Shown: positions 11,736 through 25,164 of the stretch, one piece after another
Numbering within the stretch: the first letter of the stretch is position 1
Layout: every line of letters begins with the position of its first letter
Notes under the pieces: model-generated
What the model was told of the DNA's origin: nothing
The model's input: the letters and a program-made list of their open reading frames with translations, nothing else
Database searches by the model: none
Program-made: the position numbers and the translations under genes
NCBI GenBank assembly: GCA_013239625.1
Contig: MU053652.1
Location: 5,633,902-5,693,901 of the forward strand
Reading direction: 5' to 3'
Length of the DNA stretch: 60,000 nt
Source of the DNA: Lama guanicoe
Taxonomy: Eukaryota

Positions 11736-13714
11736 TGGCAAAACCAGCCAAACACATGAACACATACATGTGCACACAGAGTGTTTCATGAGTTAGGTGT
11801 GCAGATGGGAGACTCCTAAAGGAGGTTTATCAAGAGCAGTAAGCTGGCTTCTCAGAAAAAGACTAGGTGGGGCAAAAATGGGCAGAAAGGGCTAATCAAT
11901 CCACTTGGGGAAAACTTCACGTGCTGCCCTTTGGATGCTAAGATGGTAAGATGATGCTTGTCAGAGGAACAGGTGCTTGGCATATTCTTCAATATGTAGT
12001 GGAATAATTAATCTGATTCTGTTACATTATTTCACCTTCTTTTCCTATGATCCAGTGATGGCCATTTATGAAGTCAGCTGTTTGGTTTTGGGGCACAGAG
12101 TGTTTTTTTTTCCTTTTTAAATGGATCTCTAAGTAAGATCTTGGACCACATCTGTACTCTCTTGTAACATAACTGAGTTCACCAGTTGAGACAACATAAA
12201 AGAAAGGAAAATTCCTAGTGGTATTTGCTGTTTAGAATCAGTACCTGGGGGATAAATAATCAGTTGGAGGCCAGGATATCAATGAAAGTGAATAATCACT
12301 GAAAATCCAAGAAATTGTCAGTTGAGAAGCTTATTTGCACAGACAAATGTCCTTATAACATTCTTCCTTATTTTTCAGGATTCAGATCATGGATTATTGA
12401 GTGGCAAAGTACCAGTCTAAATGGAATATTTGCCAGCTTAAGTTTTACCGACTTCAGTTCATTGGTTATAATTACTAACTTTTATTTTTTAATGTTCAAG
12501 TGCCGGCATACTTGGGGGGAAAATTGAGCCACAGCGGTGATGGCACAGCAAGGAAGCCAGCAGAAGAGGAAAGTTAAATGCTAGGTGATAGTTTGAAGTC
12601 AGCAGTGAGGGGAATGAGTGGGTGGAAGAGGTAAATTTTTCAGGGATTTAGCAAATGATGCTAAGAAGGTGCCACAGCATCACTTTTGCTTTTTCTAAAA
12701 TAGCAAATGATAATTGGTCACTTTTTTTGTATTCATGTTAAGAAAACCTCTTCACAGAAAATATTCACTGTCCTAAGCCACTCATTGAAAAATCTTCCTT
12801 ATCTTTTGTTTAAAAGAGGACTTAGAGATAGATTTCATTTTGAAATCCCAAGCTGCCTGAAAACTTGTTGAGAAGGTATCAGAGAAGTACTTTTACTCTG
12901 GAATGCAGTGGAATCCTGGCTGTAGCAGTTAGAAATAATGAAATCTGGGAATGACAGTCTCTTGGTCTCCCTGGGATCCTGGGTCACTGAGCAGAATTTT
13001 CAGAGGTGGACAGATCCATTTATTTCTCTTTCCTCCTCCTGAGAGGTGCCAAAAATGTATATTATCTTGTACGCAAAAAAAAAAAAGACAGATTATTCTC
13101 CTGGGTTAATTCTAACCTGGTTCTCATGTCTTGTGAAATCCTATCCCAAAGCCTTCACTGCTTGAGTAAATAAGAAGAGAGTTTTTTTCTAGTTTTCAAT
13201 CACCTTGTTTTATTTTTCCAAAGAAACAAATATTTGAGCTTATAAGTAATGTAAAGTATACATTTAGTTTTTCCTGAGTTCTTGCATTAAAGTTGTTTCT
13301 CTTCTCTGAACTTAGTTTCTGGTGGATTCATTCATTCATTCTTTCATCGTCCACCTCTCCATTCATTTGTTTATTCTCTCCTGACCCCTACAAACTGTAG
13401 AATCTATGAGAACATACTGCAATGTCCTGCTGATAATTACACAGTTATTTTTTTAAATAGAAATGATATGAGAAGCCCAAGTAGGCACATACTAGTTAAA
13501 AATAGTATGCGTAAAAAGCGTGGGGAACAGTGGTCTTTGGTTTAATATTATTCTGCCTGTGGCAAGTTTCTGAAATTAAGTACCTGTCAGTCGCGTGCCC
13601 CTCCTCCTCACTTGTGCAAATTGGGTGGTTTAGACATCTGATGGAAGTCTGAAGGGAGAGGCAATCTGTGGTTCAGTGTTCATTTCCTTTACTCCCTCAT
13701 TTTTCACGTGTCAG

Positions 13715-13966
13715 CTTAACGTCATTTCCTCAGGGAAGCCTTCCCAGTACCCCCTGGACCAGATGAGTTCCTCTGTTACTCTTAGCAGCCTGTACTTCTG
13801 CTGTTAAGTGTTTATTTGGGTGATTGTTTATTTGATGCCTGTCTTTTCCATCTGGCCATCTGCTCCGTGGGGGTGGGGGGGACCAAGTGTTATTTATGCT
13901 CCTTTCCCCAGGGCCTGTCATGGTCATCTGGCACATAGTGGGAGCTAATTTGTTGAATGAATTAAT
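13715..13966 (+). mobile_element. LINE-2 3' end
   Basis: tcatttcctcagggaagccttccc ... tctggcacatagtgggagctaatttgttgaatgaat. Confidence 0.8.
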
Positions 13967-14749
13967 CAAAAAGTAACTATTAAAAAGACATTAAATTTAA
14001 TTTAACCACTAATCAGAAAATGTGTGTGTACTGAATTAACCTTCTTAATTTGTGTATAAGACTGCGTATGTACTGGTGATCACTTTCTAGAAATCACAGT
14101 GTGCTGAAATGTGTGGAAATTAGACAAAAAGTACGGGGTTCGCTTTTTTTTAATAAGGAAAAATTGAAGATCAGGAGAAGCCATAAACTAGAACAACTAG
14201 TTGGAAAACCTTAAAAAAATAAAGGTTTTAAATCCAACTTGCTATCGGAACTTTTGAATGAATATTTGCAGGGTTGTTAGGCTTAAAAATTCCCACACTG
14301 CTAGTGACTTGATAGATTATCACAATGCTTTCCCTTAGGAGCTGCTGCGCTTTCTCATTGCAAAATGTAATTAGCAGATGTGAAAAAAGGTTTATTAATC
14401 TTAAAGGATATAATTATAGTTGTCTATATGTAAATTCTTTCATGTTAATGGATTGCTTGTCTTTCATTTTAAATAGACAGGTTAGAAGTCACATGTCATT
14501 ACCAATTGATTAAAATCATTAACAGGGCATTCTTATTTCATTTTCCAAAAGATAGTGCTAACTTAATTGTCCTAGTTTTAGGGTTGGAATTTCCAATAGC
14601 CAAACCAAAATGTCTTCGGGTAGATGTTCTGCCAAAAGTATTTGAAAGCATCAAGTTATATACAAAAAAGCAATATAATAGAAAACTGAATATCTGGACC
14701 GCCATCTGTCAATATATTTAAAATGTCTAATGATAAGTGATAAATGAGA

Positions 14750-15195
14750 CCAGGGACGGGTAGCTTCTGCTTGGCCTTCCCATCCACCTGCTCGATTATA
14801 CTGTTTGTTTGCTGCCCTGGGAGGCAACTCTGTTCAAACAACATCAATAGGTTCTTTGGCCCCTTGGTTTCTAGTGGATCCAGTGAGAGTCAGCAGGAGG
14901 TCAGGGAGGGCAGACAGGTCAGGATATAATTTCCTGGATCCCTCCCTCTAGGGGTGCCAGGGGCTGGCTGTGTCCCTCTGCAGTGGGGGTGGAGGGGGTG
15001 TGGTTGCTTCTCTCAAGTGGCTTTGTCCAGGACTCCTCCTCTGATTCTTAGGGTGCAGTGGTGGCAACTACCCCCTTCCAGTTTTACTGGATGATGGCTT
15101 TCCACTGCCACTCCCTATATACTGCCCATGCCTTGAGAATAGTCCCTTTATCAACCCCCCAAGTTACCTGAATTCATGGGTGCCCTTTTTTTTCT
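14750..15195. mobile_element. Ancient ERVL LTR (LTR33-like)
   Basis: ctgccctgggaggc ... cagcaggaggtcagggaggg ... aatagtccctttatcaa. Confidence 0.5.
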
Positions 15196-16833
15196 TTTCT
15201 TCCTAGATTCACACAATGCCTTGAAAAAGTGCTGATAAATATACCCTTTTACAACTTAGTAGCATATATCCAAGTGGATTATGTGAAACCAAGAAATGCC
15301 TTTATAGTGTAATGTATGTGTATACTTTCAGGCATGCATAGGTACAAAGAGGCAGTCTTCATATTTAGAAGAAAGTGGGCCTCCTATGACTTGGTCTTCT
15401 TCATATTTGCCGCTGACATTTCAGATTCACCATCAGCAGCAAACCATCTTTGAATTATTTATCTACTAGTGTGAATGGATTGGCCTTGTGTCTTCCTTCT
15501 CTGTTTGGCTTGGTTATGGGTGCTGGGCATTTGTGAGAAGGAAGGTTTTAGAGAGAGGTAAGGTCTGTATCATGACCTTAAACATACTAACATCATCCTA
15601 CACTCAACCATATTAATTGACCACAGGCCCTTTCGGTGTGGGTGTGTAGATAGATTTTGTTTACTCTGGATGAGCTGATATTGGGAAGAAGGATAAAATT
15701 AACAGTACAATGAAATCATTCTTTCTCTCTATCTCTGTGGCTTCCATGATTTCCCATTTCAATAGACCTCCTCCTTTTCTTGTGCTAAGCCCCACGGTGC
15801 ATTGCATCAAAACACAAAACACCTTCTCTGAATCAACGGTGGGGATTCAACGGAGAAGAAAGTCATGGACTGATGTCACATTTGGCATTAACTTGTACAA
15901 ACAGGAAGCTTGCTCTCTGTCTGCTGTGTTGGCAGGATTTCTCTGAGCAGGTCTTGGTTTGCGAGGGGAGTTGTGCTTCATGTTTTTGGAAGCAAACGCA
16001 GGATAGTCATCACTCTTCTTTATTACTCACTCTTTGGCTCCACATTCCTCTCTCCCTTTCCCTCTCCTTACTCCATTTTAATGAAGCTGAGAGGAGCGTG
16101 AAAGCCTAGAGCAGTGTGAAGAGTGGAGGGTCAGTGCTGGACATTGATTCTAATCCTCACTCCTCCTTTTTATACAATTTCTGATTATATTCTCATGTTT
16201 TGCCACAAGCAGCTAGTAGTTTTAATACTAGAGAGCAGTCAGGTCTGAAAAGATAAAGTTAATGGCTGTAATCATAATGCTTTTCTGGACCTGGTTCTGC
16301 AGTGACAACAAATCCATCCGAAGACCAGGTGGTGGGAAGCTCTCGTTGTGATGGCTGCCGTTGCTAAGGCCAGCATCACTGAAGAAGTGCTCAGACAGAC
16401 ACTACCCCCTGAGGGAAGAGCACAGCTTCAAGCTGATCTTTCACTGGAGAAAACCAATGACGCTATTGAACCGCACCAAGAACCTACCGGCAACCTCCTC
16501 CACCATTAAGGTCGACAATCGATGGGCGAGGTTGTTTGTAGAGATGAAAAAGCACAAAAACCTTTTTGGCAGGAATTGATGGTGAAGATGTGTCTTCAGT
16601 TGTCTTCTATCTGCAAATCTGTCCTCAGATATGTGTGAAAGTCTTGCAGGAAGACTTAAATTGCCTACGATTCTGAGGGGCTTCCTGTGAGCTATGCTTT
16701 GGGGGTTCATTGCTTGTCAGAAGTGTCTTGGTTTCCTAGGAGTCTTTGGCAAACCAGAAACTGGGGGAAATGGATGTGGGATTCATGTCATTTTGAGCAG
16801 ACATGGAAAGTGTGGAACTCACCATAGTATTTT

Positions 16834-17022
16834 ATTTTATTAAAAATTTTTTTAAATTTATCTTTTATTTTATTTTTTAATACAGTCAATTACAATGCAT
16901 CAGTTTCTGGTGTACAGCACAATGTCCCAGTCACCCATATACATACACAGATTCATTTTCATATTCTTTTTCATTATATGTTATTACAAGACATTGAACA
17001 TAATTCCCTGTGCTATATAGTT
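16834..17022 (-). mobile_element. Truncated L1 3' end
   Basis: Perfect 13-bp TSD accatagtatttt at 16821-16833 and 17023-17035, followed by AA; T-rich tail. Confidence 0.9.
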
Positions 17023-17724
17023 ACCATAGTATTTTAATGTGCAAACAGTGGGGAACCTTACAAAGACAGCTGGTGTGGAATAGGAATCTTCTTGGGTCAT
17101 GAAAGAGTATTTCTAGTGCCTAAAATCCCCTCGGATTCTTTGCATCTCAGTAACATGGCATCTCACCTTGTCAGTCATGTGTAGTTAGACTCAGTGATGG
17201 TAGCAGGGAGAGACCCAGTCCATCTGAGGAAGATGTAAGTACTTTCAGCCCTTTCTAGAATATCCACCTTGCAGACAGGGACACATGAGAAGGGGCAAAT
17301 GATGAAAGAGTCTGTGAATGTTGTCCTTGATTAGAAATGCAATTTTTATTCCTCTTTAATGACAGGTTGAAGTCCATGAGTCATCAAAGTGTTTGCCAAG
17401 GTAGTTATGATGTTTTCCCGGCCATTTTCAGCTCTTCAACAAGCTCAGTAGCCACTGTATGCTTCCCTATGATGCGTCTGCACAGCTCTGAATGAAAAGG
17501 CATTCAGTCGATTTGGGCTGAAATGCTATCTCCTGAGCTTAGTAAGGACGGATATCTCATGTTAATCAGAAGCTCTAGCAGATGAATAGATCTTTGCATA
17601 ATAAAGGAAGTGGGAAATGGGTGACTTTTTCCGTAAATAGTTTTATGGAAAAATCTCAAAAGTGCAATGCATGAAAGAAAATAATCCAAAGAGTCCTTGA
17701 TTGATTAGTGGATGGTCCATTTTT

Positions 17725-18340
17725 CTTTCAGTGAATATTTGTTGAACCCCTACTATGTGCCAGAAGCCCATGTTGCATTTGTAAACAACACAAACAAGAC
17801 TGATGGAGAATCTGCATTTTAGTAGGGGAAACAGAACACACAGATTAGTACAGGTTGTGATCAGTGTAATGAAGAAAATAACTAGGGAGATGGGGTACTA
17901 ACGCGGGCAGGGAGACCACTGTAGATGGGGTGGTGTGGAAAGGCCTGTTGGAGGAGGAGACATTGAGCTGAGGCGGAAGGATGAGAAAAGGCTGGAAGGA
18001 TTTGGAGAGGGCGTATGAAACAATAGGCATGAGGCTTGGAGAAGAAATAGGGCTTGGCTGGGTCAGGGAGCAGAAAGGAAGTGCTGGATCCGGTGAGCGA
18101 GGGGAAAAGGTGGTCAGATGCCAAATCACAGGATCCTGTGGAAAGAGGTTTGGGCTTTATTCTTAGATCACTGGGGACATGATTGAAGGACTTTTAGCCA
18201 GATTTTGATATTATCTAATTTTTTTTTTTAATAGATGAATTTGGTTGCTCGTGTAGAATGGATCTGAGAGGGGTGGGAAAGGAAGCAGGAGGCCAGTCAG
18301 GTGGTTTCAGGAATCCAGACATCACAATGGCTTGGACTAG
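17725..18340 (-). mobile_element. LINE-2 relic
   Basis: aatatttgttgaaccccctactatgtgccag ... tttgggctttattct. Confidence 0.75.
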
Positions 18341-18344
18341 GTTG

Positions 18345-18640
18345 GGCCTGCCCTTCTGTTCTGCCACCCCTAGGGCATGGCCTGAGATGGCTAATTGAAT
18401 GCTAGACATTATATCCAAGTTCTGGCCAGCAGGAAAGTGGGAGGAGCATGAGAAAGACCTGCCCTCTCTCTTTAAGGACACTTTGCAGAAGTTACACTCC
18501 CACTACAATAATGATCATAGCTGCAAAGAGGCCTGGGAAATGTAGTCTTTTTCTGAGTGGCCAAGTCCTAGGTAAAAATCTGGGGTTGTATCTAGAAGAA
18601 GCAGAGGACAGACACTAGAGGACAATAATACCTGCTACCT
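18345..18640. mobile_element. Old MaLR LTR (MLT1J/K/L-like)
   Basis: tagctgcaaagaggcctgggaaatgtagtcttttt. Confidence 0.55.
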
Positions 18641-19819
18641 TCTATTTAAAAAGAAAAAAATATATGTATTTGTTTGTAGTTTTAACAACACATCTAAGAA
18701 ACTGTAAATGAATTTCTTTTGAAATTGCACTTTTGCCTTCTTGAGATCTGAGTTAAACTTTTCGAATCAGAGTATGTAAGTAAGTCCAAGGTTTATGGAA
18801 TATCTAGCTAAATGTGGATCAAGTAGTTAGTTTTATTAACAGCTGAGCGAACACCAGATAACTTCCCAGACACATGGCTGTTGGTTAAGAGCTGGATTGG
18901 AAAGAATTCAGCTAGCATGGATTTGAAGCCAGAATGGTACCTCCTCCTCCCACACCATGTCTCAACCTTGGGACCCGCTTCTGCCTGCAGAGAAGACTTG
19001 ATGTCTGCTGATTCAAACAGTGGCGTGGGCTTCAGGCTTCTCTCACGTACCTGGTTGTCAATGGAATACAGAGAGGGGTGGGCTCCCATTCCAAGAAGGG
19101 AGGCCCTGCCTGTTCCTCACTATACAGAGGAAAGAAAGAAACCTGGGATGTGTGTGTAGGTCAGAGAATGAAGGCAGAGCGTTACCCGCTCTTGCTCAGT
19201 AAACATAGCACTCTGATTCTCATTCAGTTCCCCTCCCCTTCGGGGAGAATAAATAAGAGGTGGAGGTCTAGGTAGGAAATAATGCATCTAGAATCCCCCA
19301 GGAGGGGTGAGATTTGGGGTAGGAATCTCGTCTTTTATGGGCTGGAGTGAAAATGTAGTGGGAGAAAGAGAGGCGCTTTTTCCTAACCAAGACAATGATC
19401 AGAAAAGCAGAAGCTAAAACAATTTTTAAGGAAGGATGTGGTGATGAGTCTCTTGAGTTCTGCAATTAATTGCCTCAAATATGCTTTATTTGGGTAGTGG
19501 AAGTATGGCCTTATTTTAAGCACACATGTTCTTATGAAACCTCAATACAACGGAAAAAAGGCAAAAATGACAGGTGTTTTCAAATAATGCAATTTGATGC
19601 TTTAAGCCACTGAAAGAGAAAGGAAAGGAAAATGTCCTGTAAGGACAGTGGTGGAAGAGGCTGGAGGGGAAAGTGGATGGAGAAGGGGTAGGAGGTTAGG
19701 GCAGGGCTGAGGATGGGGAAGCAGGGCAGTGGATGTCCCTTCTACAGACCTGGAAGAATGGGTGGATTGGCAGGCTTCTGGCAAGCTCATAGGGCAATAG
19801 AAGAGAGGTTAATGAAAGG

Positions 19820-20153
19820 ACTGACTCGCAGACATAGTAAACAATCTTATGGTTACCAGGGAAAAGGGAATGGGAAGGGATAAATCTGACAGTCTGAGAT
19901 TTGCAAATCATAACCACTATATATAAAAATAGATAAAAAACAAATTTTTTTGCATAGCATAGAGAACTATATTCAATATCTTGTAATAACCTTTAACGGA
20001 AAAGAATATGTAAACGAATGTGTGTATATATATATATATAGATATATATATCTATATATCTATATCTATATCTATATCTATATCTCTGGGACATTATGCT
20101 GTACACCAGAAATTGACACATTGCAACTAACTATATTTCAATTAAAAAAAAAA
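19820..20153 (+). mobile_element. Truncated L1 3' end containing a (TA)n/(TATATC)n microsatellite (~20021-20084)
   Basis: gacatagtaaacaatcttatggttaccaggg ... gctgtacaccagaaattgacacattg ... A-tail. Confidence 0.9.
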
Positions 20154-20189
20154 GCCTGTTTATAAGACATGGGCACAGTTAAATGCCCC

Positions 20190-20580
20190 AACCCAAGATG
20201 GGGAGTACTCAGGAACTAGCAACAGTGGGAAGACCAAAGGGACAAGGGCAGTGACTGATCACTGGAAGTTGCAGATGTGGACTTAGGTAGAGAAACACCA
20301 AGTCATTGGGGAAGGAGATGGGGGAGTCAGTTCTCTGATCTCTGTCTCTTCCTGTCCTCCCATCTTCTGTAGGTGCCTCCCACTGGCCAAATTCAACTGA
20401 AAGCCTGAGGCGAGGGAGCCCAGGTGAAACAGTCACAAAGCAACCTCCTAGGACACACAGTGGGATGGAGAAGGACCAGGAGGGGCACGTGGAGAATAGC
20501 CTGCACAATATTTTGGTGGAATGCAGGGTAGAGGACCATGGGGGAAGAGGCTGTGTCACAACGCCTACCACAATACCTTG
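20190..20580. mobile_element. Ancient ERVL LTR (LTR33-like), opposite orientation to the 14750 copy
   Basis: ctcccactggccaaattcaactgaaagcc ... cctcctaggacacacagtgggatggagaagg. Confidence 0.5.
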
Positions 20581-22964
20581 AGTAATTAATTGCCTCCAAA
20601 CATTCACTGAGCACTTGCTCGGCTGGGTGCTGGTGACACCAAGTAAGTCAACAGAGACTTTGTCCCTGAGACGCTCCTAAGCCAGCACACAATTGTGGTC
20701 CTTATGGCAGATGATGGAGGCTATGGGATGAGGGGCCACAAAAGACAGCTCTGCCCGAGAGAGTTAGTGAAAGCTTCCCAGGGGAAGCTTTTGAGCTGCG
20801 CTTGTGCAGAAGATCACCAAGTGGAGGAGGGGAATCTGTCTACACAGAGAACAGCATGGCCAGGGGTGCAGATGCCATCAGAGTATGGCAGCAAAGGCAT
20901 GAAGTTGAGAAGGAGGTTGGGATAGAGTCTGATATCAGGGCTTCAGCAGCAAGACTGAAGAGTTGGGATGTTACACTTTGATTGGGCAAGTGGGAGTTAA
21001 CAGAGGCTTATGAAGAGTGTGACATCTTAACAAAGGATGAGCTGATGCGAATGCTTTCCCTAACACCTCTTCTCCTGATACACTCTCCTTTTCCCTCTCA
21101 TTTCCCCCTCTTACTTCAATGCACCACCCACGGCATTCCTTATTGTTGTTTTGTTTCTGGTTGCTGAAACTTCCAGGGTGAAGGGATTAGTTAGAATGGA
21201 TTCAGTGTTGGGAAAAGAAACAGAAACATTCCAGGTTTTTTAAAAAAAATTTCCCACTTCAGTTGCCAGTAGAAGTTTAATTTGAGGATAGTGGAAATAT
21301 TGGGGATGCTGGCACAGAAATTAAAATGCTTAATGAGCCAATGCTTAGTGGTTGACCACAGTAAAACAAAAATGAGATGTGACTCCAAGGCAACTTGAAA
21401 GTTGTCTTGAAGTATGGTCAGTATCCTAATGTCTTGTATTGTAGCCTGCGTGCGACATAGCAAAAACTGAACAAATGAAAACACAAACATGTACTCTCAC
21501 ATCACTTTTCCTCACATTGATCTGCAGAGAGGAAACTCTTCAAGACTTTGGGGAGAAAGTCCTTTATCTAATTATTCAAACAACCATTTCCTATCTGAAC
21601 TTTTATTTTGTATACCCTTTACACCTGTTTAATTAATCCTAAACATGATGCTGACTGCTAATTAAACAGCCCTGAAAGTGACTGACTGAAGGTAGTAATT
21701 TGAGATAATTAGTTTTGGTTTCAAACACTCAATTTTCACACTTTGTGCTCATTTTTAGAAAGAGGTGGCTCATTATTTTAGGCAGGGTGGGGGTTGTAAG
21801 GGCATTTTACTGCTGGACTCTGAGTAGCCGAGGAAGTGGAAGGATTATTATAGATCCAAACAGAACAAGGAAATGGTATAGTGCAGTAGAAGTTGCTATA
21901 GAATTCTCCTCTATCTCCTCCTACACACGCTCAGACAGACAGACAGGCACACACAACAACGACACTCACACACCATACCCACACAAGCACAGAATTCCTT
22001 CCAAAATGAAGATCAGGCTGCTGAATCTCTTTTATTAGAACATAGAAATGCATATGCTCTTGATCCTTGAGAAAGTTTTACGTAGTGAAGGGTAGATCTC
22101 ACCGAATCATCCATCATCTTTCCCAGGTCCTCCAGAAGCAAGCCAGAAAAGGTAAAAAAGGCCAAGATTTTGTGTGTGGTTTGGGATTTGGATAGGCGTC
22201 CTTGCTGAGCAGTCCCATTCTACAAAGGCACAAAGCTTAATCAAGGGGATAATCTACCAAGAGATGTCTGGTGTACCTGGCAGGGAAAGCAAAAGGACAA
22301 AAAGGAGGCAGGTCAGACTGGTTTTCAAGGTCCCACAATGTTAACAAGCAAGTTAATGTGGTCGCATTAGGAGAACAGGACCTAAAAGAGCTGGGTGTGA
22401 AATCATTGTTGTAGTCAATATAGGTAGGCACAGGTTATACCGAAGCGGAACAAATCCTGCAGTACCCTGGAGAGCTCCAAGCACATTCGTCTACTTCTGC
22501 CTGGGTAATTTTATGTCTTGAAACACTTCACTGGCCATCAGTATGGAGAAGGACTCTCTAGACCTATGAAAGTTTATTTAGATGTTGAGGACTTCTCAAA
22601 GATGTCAAGAGGAGAGTCAAAACCTCCATGCGGCTTGGGAATCATCTGGCCGGGGGGTGACAGTTGGATCCCAGAGTTCGCAGCCCTGTGTGGGAAGATG
22701 GAACTGGAGCCTCTTTGACCTCAGAGCACTGACATCAGCTGCAGGATCTGATGGAGAGCAAAGTTAACTGTTTTATGTACAAGTCAAACCTTCATCTTCA
22801 ACCAAGTGTCAAGTTAGTGCATCATGAAGTCATTTTGACCTCTGAGATTTCACACCATAGCATGACAGCAGAGGAGTGATGAGATGTACATCTCTTAAAC
22901 TCTAGATCCCCCTATATTGTTGCCCACTTTTTAGTTACTTTCACTCATCTCACGGAAGCCTCAA

Positions 22965-23705
22965 AAGGAGCAAGTCAAAAATTGAATCAGTCATTTTTAT
23001 GTTCCCAATCTCCACTTGTTCTTCTGTCTGTCTTGGTAAATAGCAAACATCGTCTACTCAAAGTCATAAACTGAGAGCCATTGCACATTTCTCCTCATCA
23101 CCTACCCCTTTCCTTGTCTTTCAGATGCTTTTAGGTTCTACAGCCTTCCTTTCTTTCACTGGCCACTGTCTCAGTTTAGGTTTTATACTTTCGGTAGCAG
23201 TTTTCTAACTGGTTGTTTTGCATCTAGTACGACTTCCCTTTAATTCAGTGTATCTCTAAACGTAGTGTGGGCCCACCTGCATCAGATTCCTCTGGGCGGC
23301 AGATTCAAATGCAGATTTCTGGACGTCTAGATATACTATGTCAGAACCTTTCAGGATGGGGCTGCCCCAGTGGGCACTAAAATTTGAGGATTGCTCCTCT
23401 CCCCACTGCTGCCAGTGTGATCTTTCTGAAACAAAAATGTGATCATGGCGCTCCCTTGGTTACAATCCTGCTGTGCTTCCCAATGGGCTTGATGATCAAA
23501 TCCACACTCCTTGTCAAACTTAACTCGCCCTTCATCACCTGGTTTCTGTCTAGCTTTGCGGTTTTATTTTCTGACATTTCTCCCTTGGTATCCTGCATTC
23601 CCAACATGTGAAACGCTGCACTTCCTGGGACCTCTCATGCCCTTTCCTGACTCCATGCCTTTGGACATGCAGTTTCCTGTGGCCAAAATGTCCTTCCCTG
23701 TCTTG
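22965..23705 (+). mobile_element. LINE-2 relic interrupted by a MER5A-like element
   Basis: ccactgctgccagtgtgatctttctgaaacaaaaatgtgatcatg. Confidence 0.7.
23246..23395. mobile_element. hAT-Charlie MITE (MER5A-like)
   Basis: cacctgcatcagattcctctggg ... aaatgcagatttctgg ... cactaaaatttgagga. Confidence 0.65.
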
Positions 23706-23750
23706 TTTGCCAGATTTCCTGCATCTTGTTTGCCAGATTTCCTGCATCTT
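23701..23750. repeat. Perfect 23-bp tandem duplication
   Basis: tcttgtttgccagatttcctgca x2 plus tctt. Confidence 0.95.
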
Positions 23751-23789
23751 CTGTGCTTCGTCGAGGCTGCGTGTCCTCCCACGGTACTT

Positions 23790-23852
23790 TTTTTTTGTTT
23801 TCTTTGGTATATGTATTTTTATTGAAGTATAATCAGTTTACAATGTTGTGCC
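23790..23852 (-). mobile_element. Very short L1 3' terminus
   Basis: T-tail plus attgaagtataatcagtttacaatgttgtgccaat. Confidence 0.7.
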
Positions 23853-24048
23853 AATCCACTGTATTTCTTTTACATGTGCGTTTTCTTCTGTCCTGGTGCT
23901 TTTCACTGGTAAAGTAAGAATCTTCCCTTGTGTATATGAGTGAATATTGCATTAAAGTTTTTTTTTCAGGGGTAGATTTGTGGCATGCAGTTATTATGTT
24001 CCTCAGTTTGAATTTACTTAGGAGAAACAACATGTGATTTCTAATTTT

Positions 24049-24198
24049 ATTTATTTATTTAAAATTTATTTAATTAATTTATTTGCAAGGGGGAGGTAAT
24101 TGGACTTACTTATTTATTTTGATGGAGGTACTGGGGATTGAACCCAGGGCCTCATGTATGCTAGGTGTAAGCTCTACCACTGAGCTACATCCTCCCCG
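24049..24198 (-). mobile_element. tRNA-derived camelid-type SINE (vic-1-like)
   Basis: Minus strand ggggaggatgtagctcagtggtagagc...gggttcaatccccagtacctcc (A and B boxes), aattacctccccc and A-rich tail; approximate TSD tgatttctaatttt/tgattttgaatttt. Confidence 0.85.
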
Positions 24199-24903
24199 CT
24201 GATTTTGAATTTTAAATGTCTTCTGGCAATCCACTCTGCTATGCCAGAAAATAGTCTCTTTTCCTAAAGAAATTATGGTATGGATTTCTGTTTTGTGATT
24301 TTTTTTTTGAGGGGTGGGAGGCTGGAAAGATGTTTTAATTAGAAGATACATGGTAAGCCGTTCCCAGATCTTTTTGTGGTACTCAGTGATTATATCAATA
24401 AACAGTGAATAGACTTGCAAAACGATATATTTAAAACAGTTTACCAAAATAGAATCTTAAGACTGAAATGGTATCCAGTGTAAAAACAATCTCATATTAA
24501 ATTCTCTGTTCATTGTTATGTAGCTTTTATGTCCTGAAGCCAAAGGCGATTTCAGAGGTGACCTTTTCTGAGGCCTGTATGCAGTATACCTTCATTTCTG
24601 CCTCATTTTTCTGCCCCAGAACTACCATGTACAGAATTAAAAAAAGCAATAACAACAAAAAGCACACGTTTTGCTTTGGCTTCCAAAACAATGAAACCTG
24701 AAGCAAAACTCAGTTCTTTCTTGCTGTTTGGAAATGTGCTTTGGAAGAAAATGAGCCCCACAGACCATGATAAAATACATCACATTGGGATGGTGAAACC
24801 CTCGTTAGGCGTCAGGCTGCTCTGTCTAGGCTTCTGGCGTAGCTTTGTCTATTTAGTGTCCTGTGTGACAATCCATCTTCCGACAAGACTCCTCATGGGT
24901 TGA

Positions 24904-25164
<261 letters not shown>

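Noticed and set aside
24125..24198. tRNA-like sequences here and at 28132-28205
   Set aside because: Both have SINE tails, TSDs and degenerate stems, so they are SINEs rather than tRNA genes.
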